From an uncultured virus (IMG/VR IMGVR_UViG_3300033463_000098) (Duplodnaviria; Heunggongvirae; Uroviricota; Caudoviricetes): a stretch of DNA of 20,000 nt. Under the pieces are notes generated by a model. That model saw only the letters and a program-made list of their open reading frames with translations. It ran no database searches and was not told the DNA's origin. The stretch lies in the IMG/VR virus record IMGVR_UViG_3300033463_000098; one strand, given 5' to 3'. Each line of letters starts with the position of its first letter. Within the stretch, counting starts at the first letter, position 1. This document shows positions 1 through 12,000 of this stretch, piece by piece. A program made the translations under genes and the position numbers.

Positions 1-2
1 AA

Positions 3-3000
3 GAAATTGCTAACAGCGCGGGAGAAGCTGTACCAAACAATATGCTTTCAGGCGCGGCTGATAGAGTAAATGAAGAAATTGATAAGGTTAAAGATAAAAT
101 TTCTACTGCGGAAACTACTGCTGAAGGATTAAGTGATTTAAAAGTTAACATAGAAGCTACAATGAATGATGAGGGTGCTACAGAAAAGTTACAAGAATTA
201 GGTAATGAAGCACAAAATGCTGGTGATAAAGTTAAATCTTTTGAAACTAATGCGCAAAGTGCCGCAGCAGCCCCTCAAGCATTAACTTCATCTTCTAGTA
301 CACTTACTTCTGCTTTGCAAGGTTTAGTAGATCAATTAAATCAATCTAATGTTGCCTTTACCCAAATGCAACAAAAAGTTCAAACTTTACAAGGTATAAA
401 ACAAGCAATTGTTAATTTTACTGGATTTCATAGTATTTTAAATTTAGTAAAATCTGCAATTAAAGAAGCGGCTTCAACTATTAAAGAACTTGATAGTACA
501 ATGAACGCAATTTCTATTGTTACTAATATGTCTACTAGTGACTTGTGGAAACAGGCGGATGCTTATAGTCAAATGGCACAGAACTATGGCGTAAGTATTA
601 GTGGCGCATATCAAGTTTCTAAAATTTACTATCAGCAAGGTTTGCAGACTAATGAAGTATTAACCTTAACTAATGAAACTTTGAAATTATGTAAAGTTTC
701 TGGATTAGATTATGCTACTTCTACCGACTATATGACAACTGCGTTACGTGGTTTCAAGATGGAAATGTCAGAAGCCTCAACTGTCGTTGACGTTTATTCA
801 TCTTTGGCATCTACAACAGCGGTTTCACAAGGTGAGTTAGCTGAAGCTATGTCTAAGACTGCTTCATCTTTGGAATCTGTTGGAACTTCATTCCAAGAAG
901 CATCTTCAATGATTGCTACAATGGTAGCTGTTACTCGTGAATCTGCTACTAATATTGGTACTGCGTTGAAATCTATTGCTTCTCGTTATGGTGAATTAAC
1001 TAAGAGTACTGATGAATTAACTACTGATGCTGATGGACAGGTTGTAAGTTTTAACAAGGTTGATAAAGCATTGCAATCCGTTGGTATTACAATTCAAACT
1101 ACTGATGGGCAATTTAGAAGTTTTACTGATGTAATTACTGAATTGTCTGGTAAATGGGACCAATTATCATCTACACAACAGCGTTATATTGCTACACAGA
1201 TGGCTGGTAATAGACAACAGTCTCGTTTCTTAGCATTAGTTAGTAATGGGCAAATGTTACAGCAGAATTTAAATACTGCTAATAATAGTGAAGGTATTGG
1301 TACTGCACAAGCGTTAAAAGCTATGGACTCTTTAGAGAGTAAATTAGCACAACTTAAAACTGCGTATCAACAGTTTTATGTTACTATGGGCGCTGAAAAT
1401 GTTTGGAAAGCAGCGGTTAGCGGTTTAACTAGTTTTACTAATAGTTTAAATGCTTTACCTAAATTATTTGGAACAATTCCAGTAACTGCGATTACTATAA
1501 TTTATAATGGCGCTACTTTAGTTTCATCATTACTATTAAAATTGGTTTCAAAATTGGGCGCGACTTTAGGCTCTTCTATTAAAACAGAAATGAGTAGAAT
1601 AGGTGGAGAGACAAAAGAAGAGGTTAAAGCACAAACTGAACAAATAGTTCAAGAAGTACAAAACACTATAACTAATAAGGTTGATTTAAGTACTATTTTT
1701 AATACAGATTCTATTAGTGCTAATGAAATATCTTCTAAATTAACAGAAATAGTTAGCGGATTAAATTTTGAATTTAATCCTGATGGCACCGTTAAAACTG
1801 ATAATTTTAAAGTTGATATTGATGCAGTTAAAAATGAAATACAAACTAAATTAGGAGAAGCAGTAAATACAGATGCTTTGAATAAAGCATTTGAAACTAT
1901 ACAAGATCCTCAAGGTTTAGTAAATTTTTTTCAATCATTAGGAGTAGTTATTCCTGGAGCGACGCAAGCAGTTAATAGTTTCTCAGATAAATTATTAGCT
2001 GCAGAAGGAACTATTAGTGGAGTAGGTAAAGCTTTACAAATTTTAAGTCAATTATTTAATGACGGTACAAGAACTGGACAAATATTATCTTCTGCTGTAT
2101 TAGGTGTTGGTGCAGCTTTAGCTGGTCTTATACCGATTTTAAAAGTCCTAAAAGGACAAGCAACGACTAATGTTTATATAGCTGCGGCAACAGCTATTTT
2201 AACAGTAATTACTTCTATATCTTCTATAATTGATGCTGTTGAAAATAAAACAAAATATTTAGAAAAAGAAGCAGAACAATTAAAGAATACAATGACCCAA
2301 ATTAAAGCGGATGAAAAAACTTTACAATCTGGGTATGAAAAATATAAGCAATTAGAAGCTGCACGTTATGAAAGTGCAGAAGCTGCTCAAGAGTATCAAA
2401 CTCAAGTTGATAATTTAGCCGATAGTTTCCCTGAATTAGTGAGCGGTTTTGATAGCGCTGGTAATGCAATTATTACATTAGAAAATTTAGAGGACGCTTT
2501 AAAAACAGCAAGAGAAAAAACTGCACAAGCAACAGTTGATGCTTTAGAAAAAGAGAATGAGTTATTGCAATCTCGTTTAAATGACGCTAAAAAGAATGCT
2601 AAAAATACTAATAATTCAGTTTCTGGGGATGTAAAGCAAAGTATTAATTCTAACCTTCCAACATTTTATGATACAAATACTGGTTCTGTATATGATGCGA
2701 CTGATGGAATTTATAGTTATCTTTATAATGTATTTTTTGCTATTGATTCTAGTTTAGTAGAAGAATCAAATTCATTAGAAGATTTAAAAGAACAGATTTT
2801 AGCGTTAGATCCTAATGATTATAACGATAGCGAGAGAGAACTAATACAAAAAGTACAGGACTATTTAAATTCTCCAGCTTCTATAGTAGAGAATTTTATG
2901 AATAATTTTAATTCTTATGATTTTACTACTACAGAAGGCCAAGAAGCTTTTAATAAATTTGTTACAGCGTGGCATAGTGCAGATGAGTCTATTACTAATT

Positions 3001-6000
3001 TAAGAGAAACGTTAAGCGATGATGCAGTAGAGGCTATTGAAAGTTTAATTACTGAAGTTGATACTATAATTTCTTCAGATAATAAATTAAGTCAATCTGG
3101 TGGGACATTATCATCTGCTTATTTACAATTAAAGTTTGCTTATAATAATATGTATACTTGGATCGGTGAGCAAGCTAATAATGCTTTAATGCTATCTAAT
3201 TATATTAATCAATCATTTGAAAATCAAAAAGAATATAAAACATTAAAAGATTATTATGAAAACGCTGCTGACCAAGCTGTTAAAGAATTTAATGAAGCTT
3301 TTACTGGTTTAAGTCAAGAAACTCAAGAATGGTTAAATTCTATAGATTCTACTAAATATACTGCTGAACAAATAAAACAAATTCTTGTAAATAAGGGAGA
3401 ATTTAAACGAACAGAAGATATACCTGATATTTTAAGTAATGCAATAGATGCTACATATTCTACTGGTGAAGAGGCGTTTAATAGAGTAAAAACTAATTTT
3501 GAATCTGCAACTAAAGCGATTAATAATTTAAAAATAGATAATAAAAAAAATACTGGATTAGATGGTGCTATTAAAGCATTTAATACATATAAAACTGCTG
3601 TAGTGGATATGTTTGATGATGATAAATATACAAATTTATCAGGTGAAGCAGCTAATTTTATTAATACACAATCAGATCAAATAAAAAAATTAATTAGTCA
3701 AGGAATGTATACTCAAGCAGAAAATTTATCTAGTTTAATGACTCAATTAGTTAATTTAATATTTAATAGTAATCTTGATTTAGATTCTCAAACTGAATTA
3801 GTTAATATTTTAAAGACTGCAAATTTAAATACAATAGAAGGAATAAATGCTGCGATAAAGGCTATTAAAGCTTCAGATAAAATAGATCAATCAGCTGTAA
3901 ATGATTTAATAACTGAATTAGAAACGCGAATGAAAAATATTCAAGAAAATGTTATTATATCATATGAAGCATCTTTAGATAATGTATTATCAATCATTGA
4001 AACTGATGAAAAAGTGGTTTCTAAAATAACTTCTGGTATGTCTATGTCAGAAGTACAAACTTTAATTGCTAAAGCTAATTCTTTAGGGTTAACTGATTGG
4101 AATATTGGTGATGAAATAGTACAACAGGGCGATAAATTTATAGTTACTGCTGAAAATGTTAAAACTTTTTTTGCTGAGTATAAAGCATCAATAAGTAAAA
4201 ATTTAGATGATGCTAATACCGCTTATACTAATTTATATAATGATTTAAATAATATAGGATTAAGTGATCTTGATTTAAGTAGTATATCTACAACCGCAGA
4301 AAAATTATATAATTTATATAATGCGGGCAATACGAAAGTAAAAGAATTATTTGAACGTTACGGAATAGAAATTCAACACGATGGCACTGATATAGCAACA
4401 ATAGAAACAACTTTAAAACAAGTAAAAGAAGCTAAATCTAATGCTGAAGCCGCGCTTAATAGTGCAGTTGATGTTATGACACAAACTGCTCTTTGGGCAT
4501 TAGGTGAATATTCTGATGTTTGGCATAATGCAGAAGGTAAATTTGATTATAAAGGAATGGATATAGCTTTAACTAGCTCTATTGATGAATTAGATGTTAC
4601 TACTAGAGCAGCAGTTAAAAAAATTCAATCTGGGCTTAGTACTTTATTATCTGATTATATTTCTAAAATGGGCCAAATTGATTGGAGTGATTATGAAAAT
4701 AGCGGTATTGAGTCTAATTTATTAGCTGAAATGAAGCAAAGAGCACAGGATTCAAATACTAGTTTTGAAGAATTTATTAATACATATGTCGTTTTAACTG
4801 GTAAAACTGAATCTGAAATCAATTCTATGTTGATATCTGCGCGAGATATACAAAATAAAGCTTCAATTGTTGACGCTTTAAAGAGTATAATAACTTCTTA
4901 TGATAATTTTACATATGAAGTTGCGGCAAAATATGCTTCTGCTATTGGTATTACAGTTACTGATTTATTAAATAATGCAAATAAATATGGAATTTCAGAT
5001 AATGGTTTAGGTGGCTATCAATTTGATTATGATAAATTATTAGCAACAGTTAGAGAAAATGCCTCTAATATGTTACAAAGTGAATATAATGAAATGATAA
5101 GCCAATTAAATGCCGCTAAGCAAAAAGCTTCTGCTAAACAAAGTAATGCTATTTCTACTATTATTGCTAATAGAAATAAATTAACTGACGAAAATATTCT
5201 TGCTTTAGCTAATAGTTTAGAAACAAATTATGATGCTATATTTAATGAATTAAATCTTACTTTGAATTCTGATGGTACTAGCTATTCAGTAGATTTAAGT
5301 AGCTTACAAACTTTAATTAAAAATCATAAAATTGAAGTTACTGATGAGATTGAAGAAATTATCGCGGTTTTAATTGATAATAGTTTTAGTTCTATTTCTA
5401 ATTTAATTTCTAATCAGTCAAAAGGCATAACAAGTCTTGAGACTATGCAGAAAACGGTTAATGAGATTAATAAGTTATTAGGTGAAAACGCTAATTATGA
5501 TATTTCTGATTTATATAGTTATAATGCAGAATTAAAAGCATATCAATTAAATCATAAAGGTTTTATGGCTTCACTTGCAGCGATGAAAGTTCAATTAGAT
5601 GCTGCGGATGCATCTGAGAAAAAAATTATTCAACAAAATATAAATTCTCAATTACAATCATTGGCTGAAAATATTGATATTAGTGGTTATATTAATGCTA
5701 TTGGCACATTAGATTATTCTAAAATTTATTCTAATTTTACTAAATCTATTGATAATTATAACACGGCTGTTGAACAATTAGAAGGAAATACAGAATTAGC
5801 AGTTTATGAAATAGCTAATGCTTTATATCTTGGTGGTGCAAATGCTGTTAAGGCGGCAGAAGCTGTTGCCGCGGCACAAGGCAAAACTCTAACTTCAGAT
5901 GAAATTTCTACTATATATAAGAGTGCTGTAACTCGTTTAAATATTACTGTAGAACAAGTAGCATCTTCTACTGGTTCTATTATAGATAAAGCTGCAGCAG

Positions 6001-9000
6001 ATATTATTAATGCACATGGTGGAAAGGCTACAGAAATTGGAAATAGCGGTCAATATTTAGTTGAAGCTGTTAGCAATTTGTATTTTGCTTATGCTGATTT
6101 ATTACAACAAATGCGTGAAACCGCGGGTGCAACAACTGCTGAAATAAATGCTATTGCTGCTAAAATGTTAAGTAGTAATATGACTGGAACTGGTCAATTC
6201 GCAACAACAGAACAGAATGTTATTAATGCTTTAAGTAATGCTGCGAATATGACTTATGCGCAGTTTGGAGAATTACTCGCAAATGCTGGCGTAGAGCTTT
6301 CACAACGATTGGTTGATCAATTATCTGAAGCAAATGTAATTAAACAACTAGGCGGAGAAAAAATGGCTATTCTTGATTTTTCTGCTTTAGCTAAAATTTT
6401 TGATTGGGATTTAAATTCTGATGAGTATATTTCTGCATTTAAAACTTATAATGATTCTTTAATTGGGTTAAATAGAAAAGCAGAAAACGCTATTGTTAGT
6501 GAAATTAATAGTTTAAGTAGTGCTAAGGGTGGCGACTGGTTAAATATTACTCAATTATGGAGTACTTTACAAAGTAAATTAGAAAATCAAGTTTTAAATA
6601 TTATTGATGCTGCGGGCGCTCCAATTCAATTAACAGCCTTTGATTTATTAAAATCAAAATTAGAAGAATATGGCGCTACATTAGATGATGGTATTTTAAA
6701 ATTAGATTCTGATGCTAATATCGCTGGTGCAATAACCACCTTAACTAATTATGCACAAGAATATGGTGATTTATTACAATCTGATGTTGCTTCATTAGCA
6801 GATACATTAGATAATGTGTTGAAATCATTTGCTTCTTCTATTGAAACCGCACTTTCTGGTTCTTTAACAAAGAGTGGAGCGGTTGATTTAACTAATATGG
6901 TTAAATCACTTGGATTAGATAATGTTCAACTTAATTTTACTGAAACAGCGAATGGATTAAAATTAAGCTATCAATCTGCTGCGCAGCTTTGTATTGAATT
7001 AAAAAAATCAAATAACGAAGCTGGTAAATTAGTATTTGATAAAGTTTATGCTTCTTTGACTTCTGCTAGTGAAGAATTTTCTACTATACAACAGACTTCA
7101 ATGAAGATAAAAGATACTCAAAATCAAATAGAAGCAATAGAACGTCAAATTAATGAAAGTTTATCTAAGCAAGATGGATATGATGCAGAACGAGTTGCTA
7201 ATTTACAGAAACAAAAATCTAGTTTACAAGATCAATTATCATTATATGATCAAATTAAGAAAAAGCAATCTGCTAGTGCCGATTCTTATAATTTTATGAA
7301 TAACAAAACTCCAAGTTATTTAGATGGAGTAACAAATTATTGGAATTCTGTTGGAACAGCATTTAATTCTATGAATACTGCTGCTTCATCTGGGAAAATG
7401 AGTATTCAAGATTTCCAGAATATTATTAATGAAATGAATTCTTTAGCTGCTTCTACTGGAAAAGAATTAAAATTTATGGGACAAACTTTAAGTGGAAGTT
7501 CTGAAGATGCTGCGAATTTAATTAATACTGGTTTAAAATATCTTGAAAATGTAGATGGAAAAGGAGTACAAATTAATTTATCTAAATTAGGTACTGAATT
7601 AAAGGTTGGTACTAGTAATATGCAAAGCGGCTTTAAAGAAGGAGTTCAAGCTATGGCAAAAAGTCAAGTTGAATTACTTGATGCCGCGATTCAATTACTT
7701 GAAGTTGTCGTACAAATGGAAGCTTTAGGTGATATTGATGTAGATAATGATAATACACTTGATTTAAATGAAATATTTAATGTTGAGTATGATGGAACAG
7801 ATGAAAATGGTAATAAATTAACAGCATTTAATGAAAATTATACCAAGTGGGCCGAACAAGTAATGGAAGCTTCAAAGACTAATACAGACCTTGAAGCTGG
7901 TTTAAAAAGTATTTCTATTAATGGCCATACTATGGAGGAGTACATTGATGCTGCGACAGGCTCTATTGAAGAACAATCAAAAAAATTTGAAAAATTAAAT
8001 ATTTCTGAACAAGAATATGCAGCTGTAATGCAGGCTTTTTATGAAGCGGTACAAAATGGCGATTATAATTTAGAAAATATTTCTGCGTCTGTTTGGGAAA
8101 CTTTTGAAAAAATTATGCCTGATGGTACTACTATTAAAACACCAAGTCGTACTATTGTTATTTCTGGGCAAACTCACTGGTCTATTGATTGGACTTCAGA
8201 GAATACTCAGAATTTAGTTAGCTATGTTGAAAAAACTCTTAAAACTGATGAAGCTGGTGCAAAAGAAGCTATTACTCAAGCAGTAGAAAGGACTGAAAAG
8301 GGTGAAGCAAAGGATATTACTGATGTACTTTATACTTTATCAGTAAGAGAAAATACTAAAATTAAAATTAATAAAGATGGTACAATTACTATTGGAGACA
8401 AAACTTATAAACAAGGTACTGTTGATTATATAGAAGCTATTCAAAAAGAGGCTTTGCGTCAAGCGGGAATATCAGAAAAAAATATTAAAAGTAGTACTAC
8501 AAAAGGAAATGATAAGGGAGAAGTTATTGAAGCTGGTCAAATGACAGCTACTCTTAATTATGGAAAAGGGACTATATATGTTACTGCTGATGACAAAGGA
8601 AATTTAAAATATTATTCTGATGGCGGTACAGCTTATAATTCACCAAGTGCAGCAGCAGAGGCTACTGTTAAAGAAATTATTGAACATAAATATGGTAATA
8701 GTTATAATGGTTTTAGTAAAGAAAAACAACAAGAAATATATAACACCGAATATTATGCTAGATGGAAAATTGCACCTAAAATTGAAACAGAAGTAACAGA
8801 TGCTAGTGGTGCAGGAATTAATTCTAGTAATGTTGCATCCGTGCGAGCATCAGCTGAAAAAATCGCTAATGCTTCTATAGAAGAAGTACAAGGATGGGTT
8901 GATGAAGCATTAAAAACTGGTGGAGATAATGGAGATGGCACTGTAACTATTACCGTTGATAATTTTTCTAAAACAGTTAGTGTTGAAAATGCTGCAAGTG

Positions 9001-12000
9001 AATTTTCTAGTGCAGCAAATGAAATAGCTGGACAAATTGATACTTCTTTAATTGGTAATATTCAAACAGCAATAGAAAACGCTTTTGCCGCGGATTCTTT
9101 TATAAACGCTATATCAACTGCAATGACGACTGGTATTACTCAAGCTTTTACTGCGGGAGAAGAGGGAACATCGTTTTCTGTCCCTGATTTAACTCTTACT
9201 CCAACTTCTTTAACAGTTGATACTACAGATATTACTCCTAAATTAGATGCAGCTTCTGAAACTCCAACTATTGAAATAAGTACATTAACATTAAAACCAA
9301 CTGGTGACATTACAGTTGATATGACTGATAAAACACCAAAATTGGGTGATTCAGAAACTCAAACTGTTGATATTCCTACAGTGACTTTAAATGTTACTGG
9401 CGACGTTACTATTAATACTGGCACTAATGTACCAACGCTAGATAAAACTGAATTTACCATTCCTACAGCGATTAAAGCAGTTGCTTCAATTTTAAATTTA
9501 GATTTAGAAACAGCATCAAGTACAGTTATTAATAAAACTATACAAGAATTACCAGCAGATCAAAAATTAGAATTAGCTAAGGCTTTAGTAACAATTATAT
9601 CATTATCTCTTGATACTACAAATTCTACTTTAGATCCTAAATCTAAATCAATGGAAGGATTACCAAATGATCAGCAATTAGAAGCTAAAGAAGCTGTTGC
9701 GTTAATTAAAAAGATTAATCCTGATACGGTTGAGGCAGTGTTTGGTAATTTAACTTATACAATTCCAGAAGAAAATAAAACATTTAAAGTTTCTGATATA
9801 TTTACAGCTTTAATTCAAACAATTAATGCTGAAACTATTAGTGGTGAAGGCGGAACTAATATTACTTTACCAGAATCCATAGATGTAGGTGGTAAAACAA
9901 TTCCAATCGCGCAAGCGTTGGCAATTATTCAGTCTGTTTCTGCGCAATTAGGCCAAGGTGTAGTGCCTGATTATAGTAGCGTCATACCAGAGGGCGATAT
10001 TGAAATTCATAAAAACATTGTTATTGTTGCTGATAATGTTAGTTTAGATGCTTCTAATGGCGGTAGTGTTGATTTGGGTACAATGAATGATAAATTAATT
10101 GCACAAGCAAATCAAGCAGGAATTACTGCGGATAAAGTTAATACTTTAAATGAAAAATATAATGCTTTAGCTGATGCTATGGTTAATGTAGAAAAAACCG
10201 GTGGGAGTGAAGAATCATTAGAAAGTTTAACTTCCGCGGTTACAGAATATGGGACAGCTTTAGATAATATAAAAGATTCAGTAACTAATTTTGATATGGC
10301 TGATGATGTTGCAAGCTCTGTTGAGTCTACAAAGACTGCGATAGCGTCAACTGTAGAAGCATTAGGTGGTTCAATTCCAGAAGGATTTGCTACTGCTGTA
10401 GAAGCTGGAAAAGGCGAAATTGATACAGCAGTTTCTACTGCGGTACAAGATGTACCACAAGATATTAACGATGTTGTTGATATGAATTCACCATCTCATA
10501 TGGCACAAGAATATGGCGAATCAATTCCAGAAGGTTTTGTATTAGGAGTTAATAATAAAGCCGGTGAAGTTGATACTGCGATTACTAATATGGTGTCTAA
10601 TATACCAACTGAAATTAATACTGTTATTAATTCTACTAATTGGAGTGGAATGGGGTCGCAAGTTAGTTCAGATTTAGCGTCTGGATTATCAAGTAACCAA
10701 GTATCTGTAGCATCCGCGGCAAAATCATTAGTGTCTGCGGTTACAGATAATTTAGATTTTTCTACTGTATCCACTTCAATTGGTAATGTAGATATCAAGT
10801 CAATAGATAAAGCAACATACGATAAGACTTTAGTCGTAGAAGATATTAAAGAGGGTAAAGCAAATATTAGTAATTTAACTGTTGGCGCAAATGCGGTAAC
10901 AGCTAATAAAACCTTATCTTCTTTACAGAATATGAATTTTTCATCTACATCTTCTTCTTTAAGTGGTGTGCAGGGCAGCTTAGATAAAATTAGTGGCGCA
11001 TCTTTTGGCAACTTTGATAGTTTAAAAGATAAACTTACTACCGCGACTACACAAGCGCAGAGTTTGTGGGATGTTGTGCAAAAATTTGCTAATCAAACAT
11101 TTACTGTTAATTTGAATCAAACTGGTGGTACAACTAATACAACTGAAAATAAAACAACAAATGAAACTAAAAATGTTACAGAAACAAAAACTGTTAATAC
11201 AGTTTCTAATACTACTGTTAATGTTGATACAAGTAGTGCGCAAAATTCTGCTAAACAATTAGCAACTACTTTAAGTTCTACTTTAGGCCCAGCAATAACA
11301 CTTGCTAAAACTAAAATTTCAATATTAGCAACTGAAATGGGCAAAATACCCTCTAAAGCTACTTTAGTTTCTACTTTGGCAGCAGCTATGGCTAGTATTC
11401 CTACTGGTAAAGCCGCGCAGGTTTCTGCTTTAGCAACGCAAATGAGTAAAATACCTGATGTAGGCAATAGAATAAGTAATATTGTTTCTGCTTTAAAGAA
11501 TGTACCAAGTGGTAGTAAGTCATTATCAGTACAATTTAGATATACTACAAGTAAAGCTGGTGCTACTGGTAATATAGGTAATTTTGCACAAGCAAAAGGT
11601 AGCGGTAAAGCTTTAGCTTCAGGCTACAGGTCTACTTTAATGGGTGAACTTGGGCCTGAATTGGTTGTAAGTAATGGTAGATATTTCTTAGTTGGACAGA
11701 ATGGTGCTGAATTTGTTGATTTAGCAAAGGATGCTATTGTATTTAACCATAAGCAAACTCAACGTTTGATGGAGCAAGGTGCGATTGGTTCTCGCGGACG
11801 TGCTTTAACTAATGAAACTAATGCGGTTTCATTAGCGAAAGGTAGAAAACAGCCTGATGAAGGATTTGCTAGGGTTAAAACTCCTACATCTTATTCCGAT
11901 ACTGGTGGCAGCGGAGGGGTAAAAAATAATACAGGAGCTCAAAAAACAAAAGCAATAACTGAGACAATTCGTTCAGTATCAGTTTCTCCAACACAATCAG

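Noticed and set aside
42..44. ATG 42 as the real TMP start
   Set aside because: The frame is open upstream to the window edge and there is no well-spaced SD (GGAG at 21-24 is 17 nt away), so the gene is probably 5'-truncated.
3543..3550. A8 run as a programmed frameshift or phase-variation site
   Set aside because: Expected in AT-rich Lys codons and the ORF is intact; the tail-chaperone frameshift would lie upstream of the TMP, outside the window.
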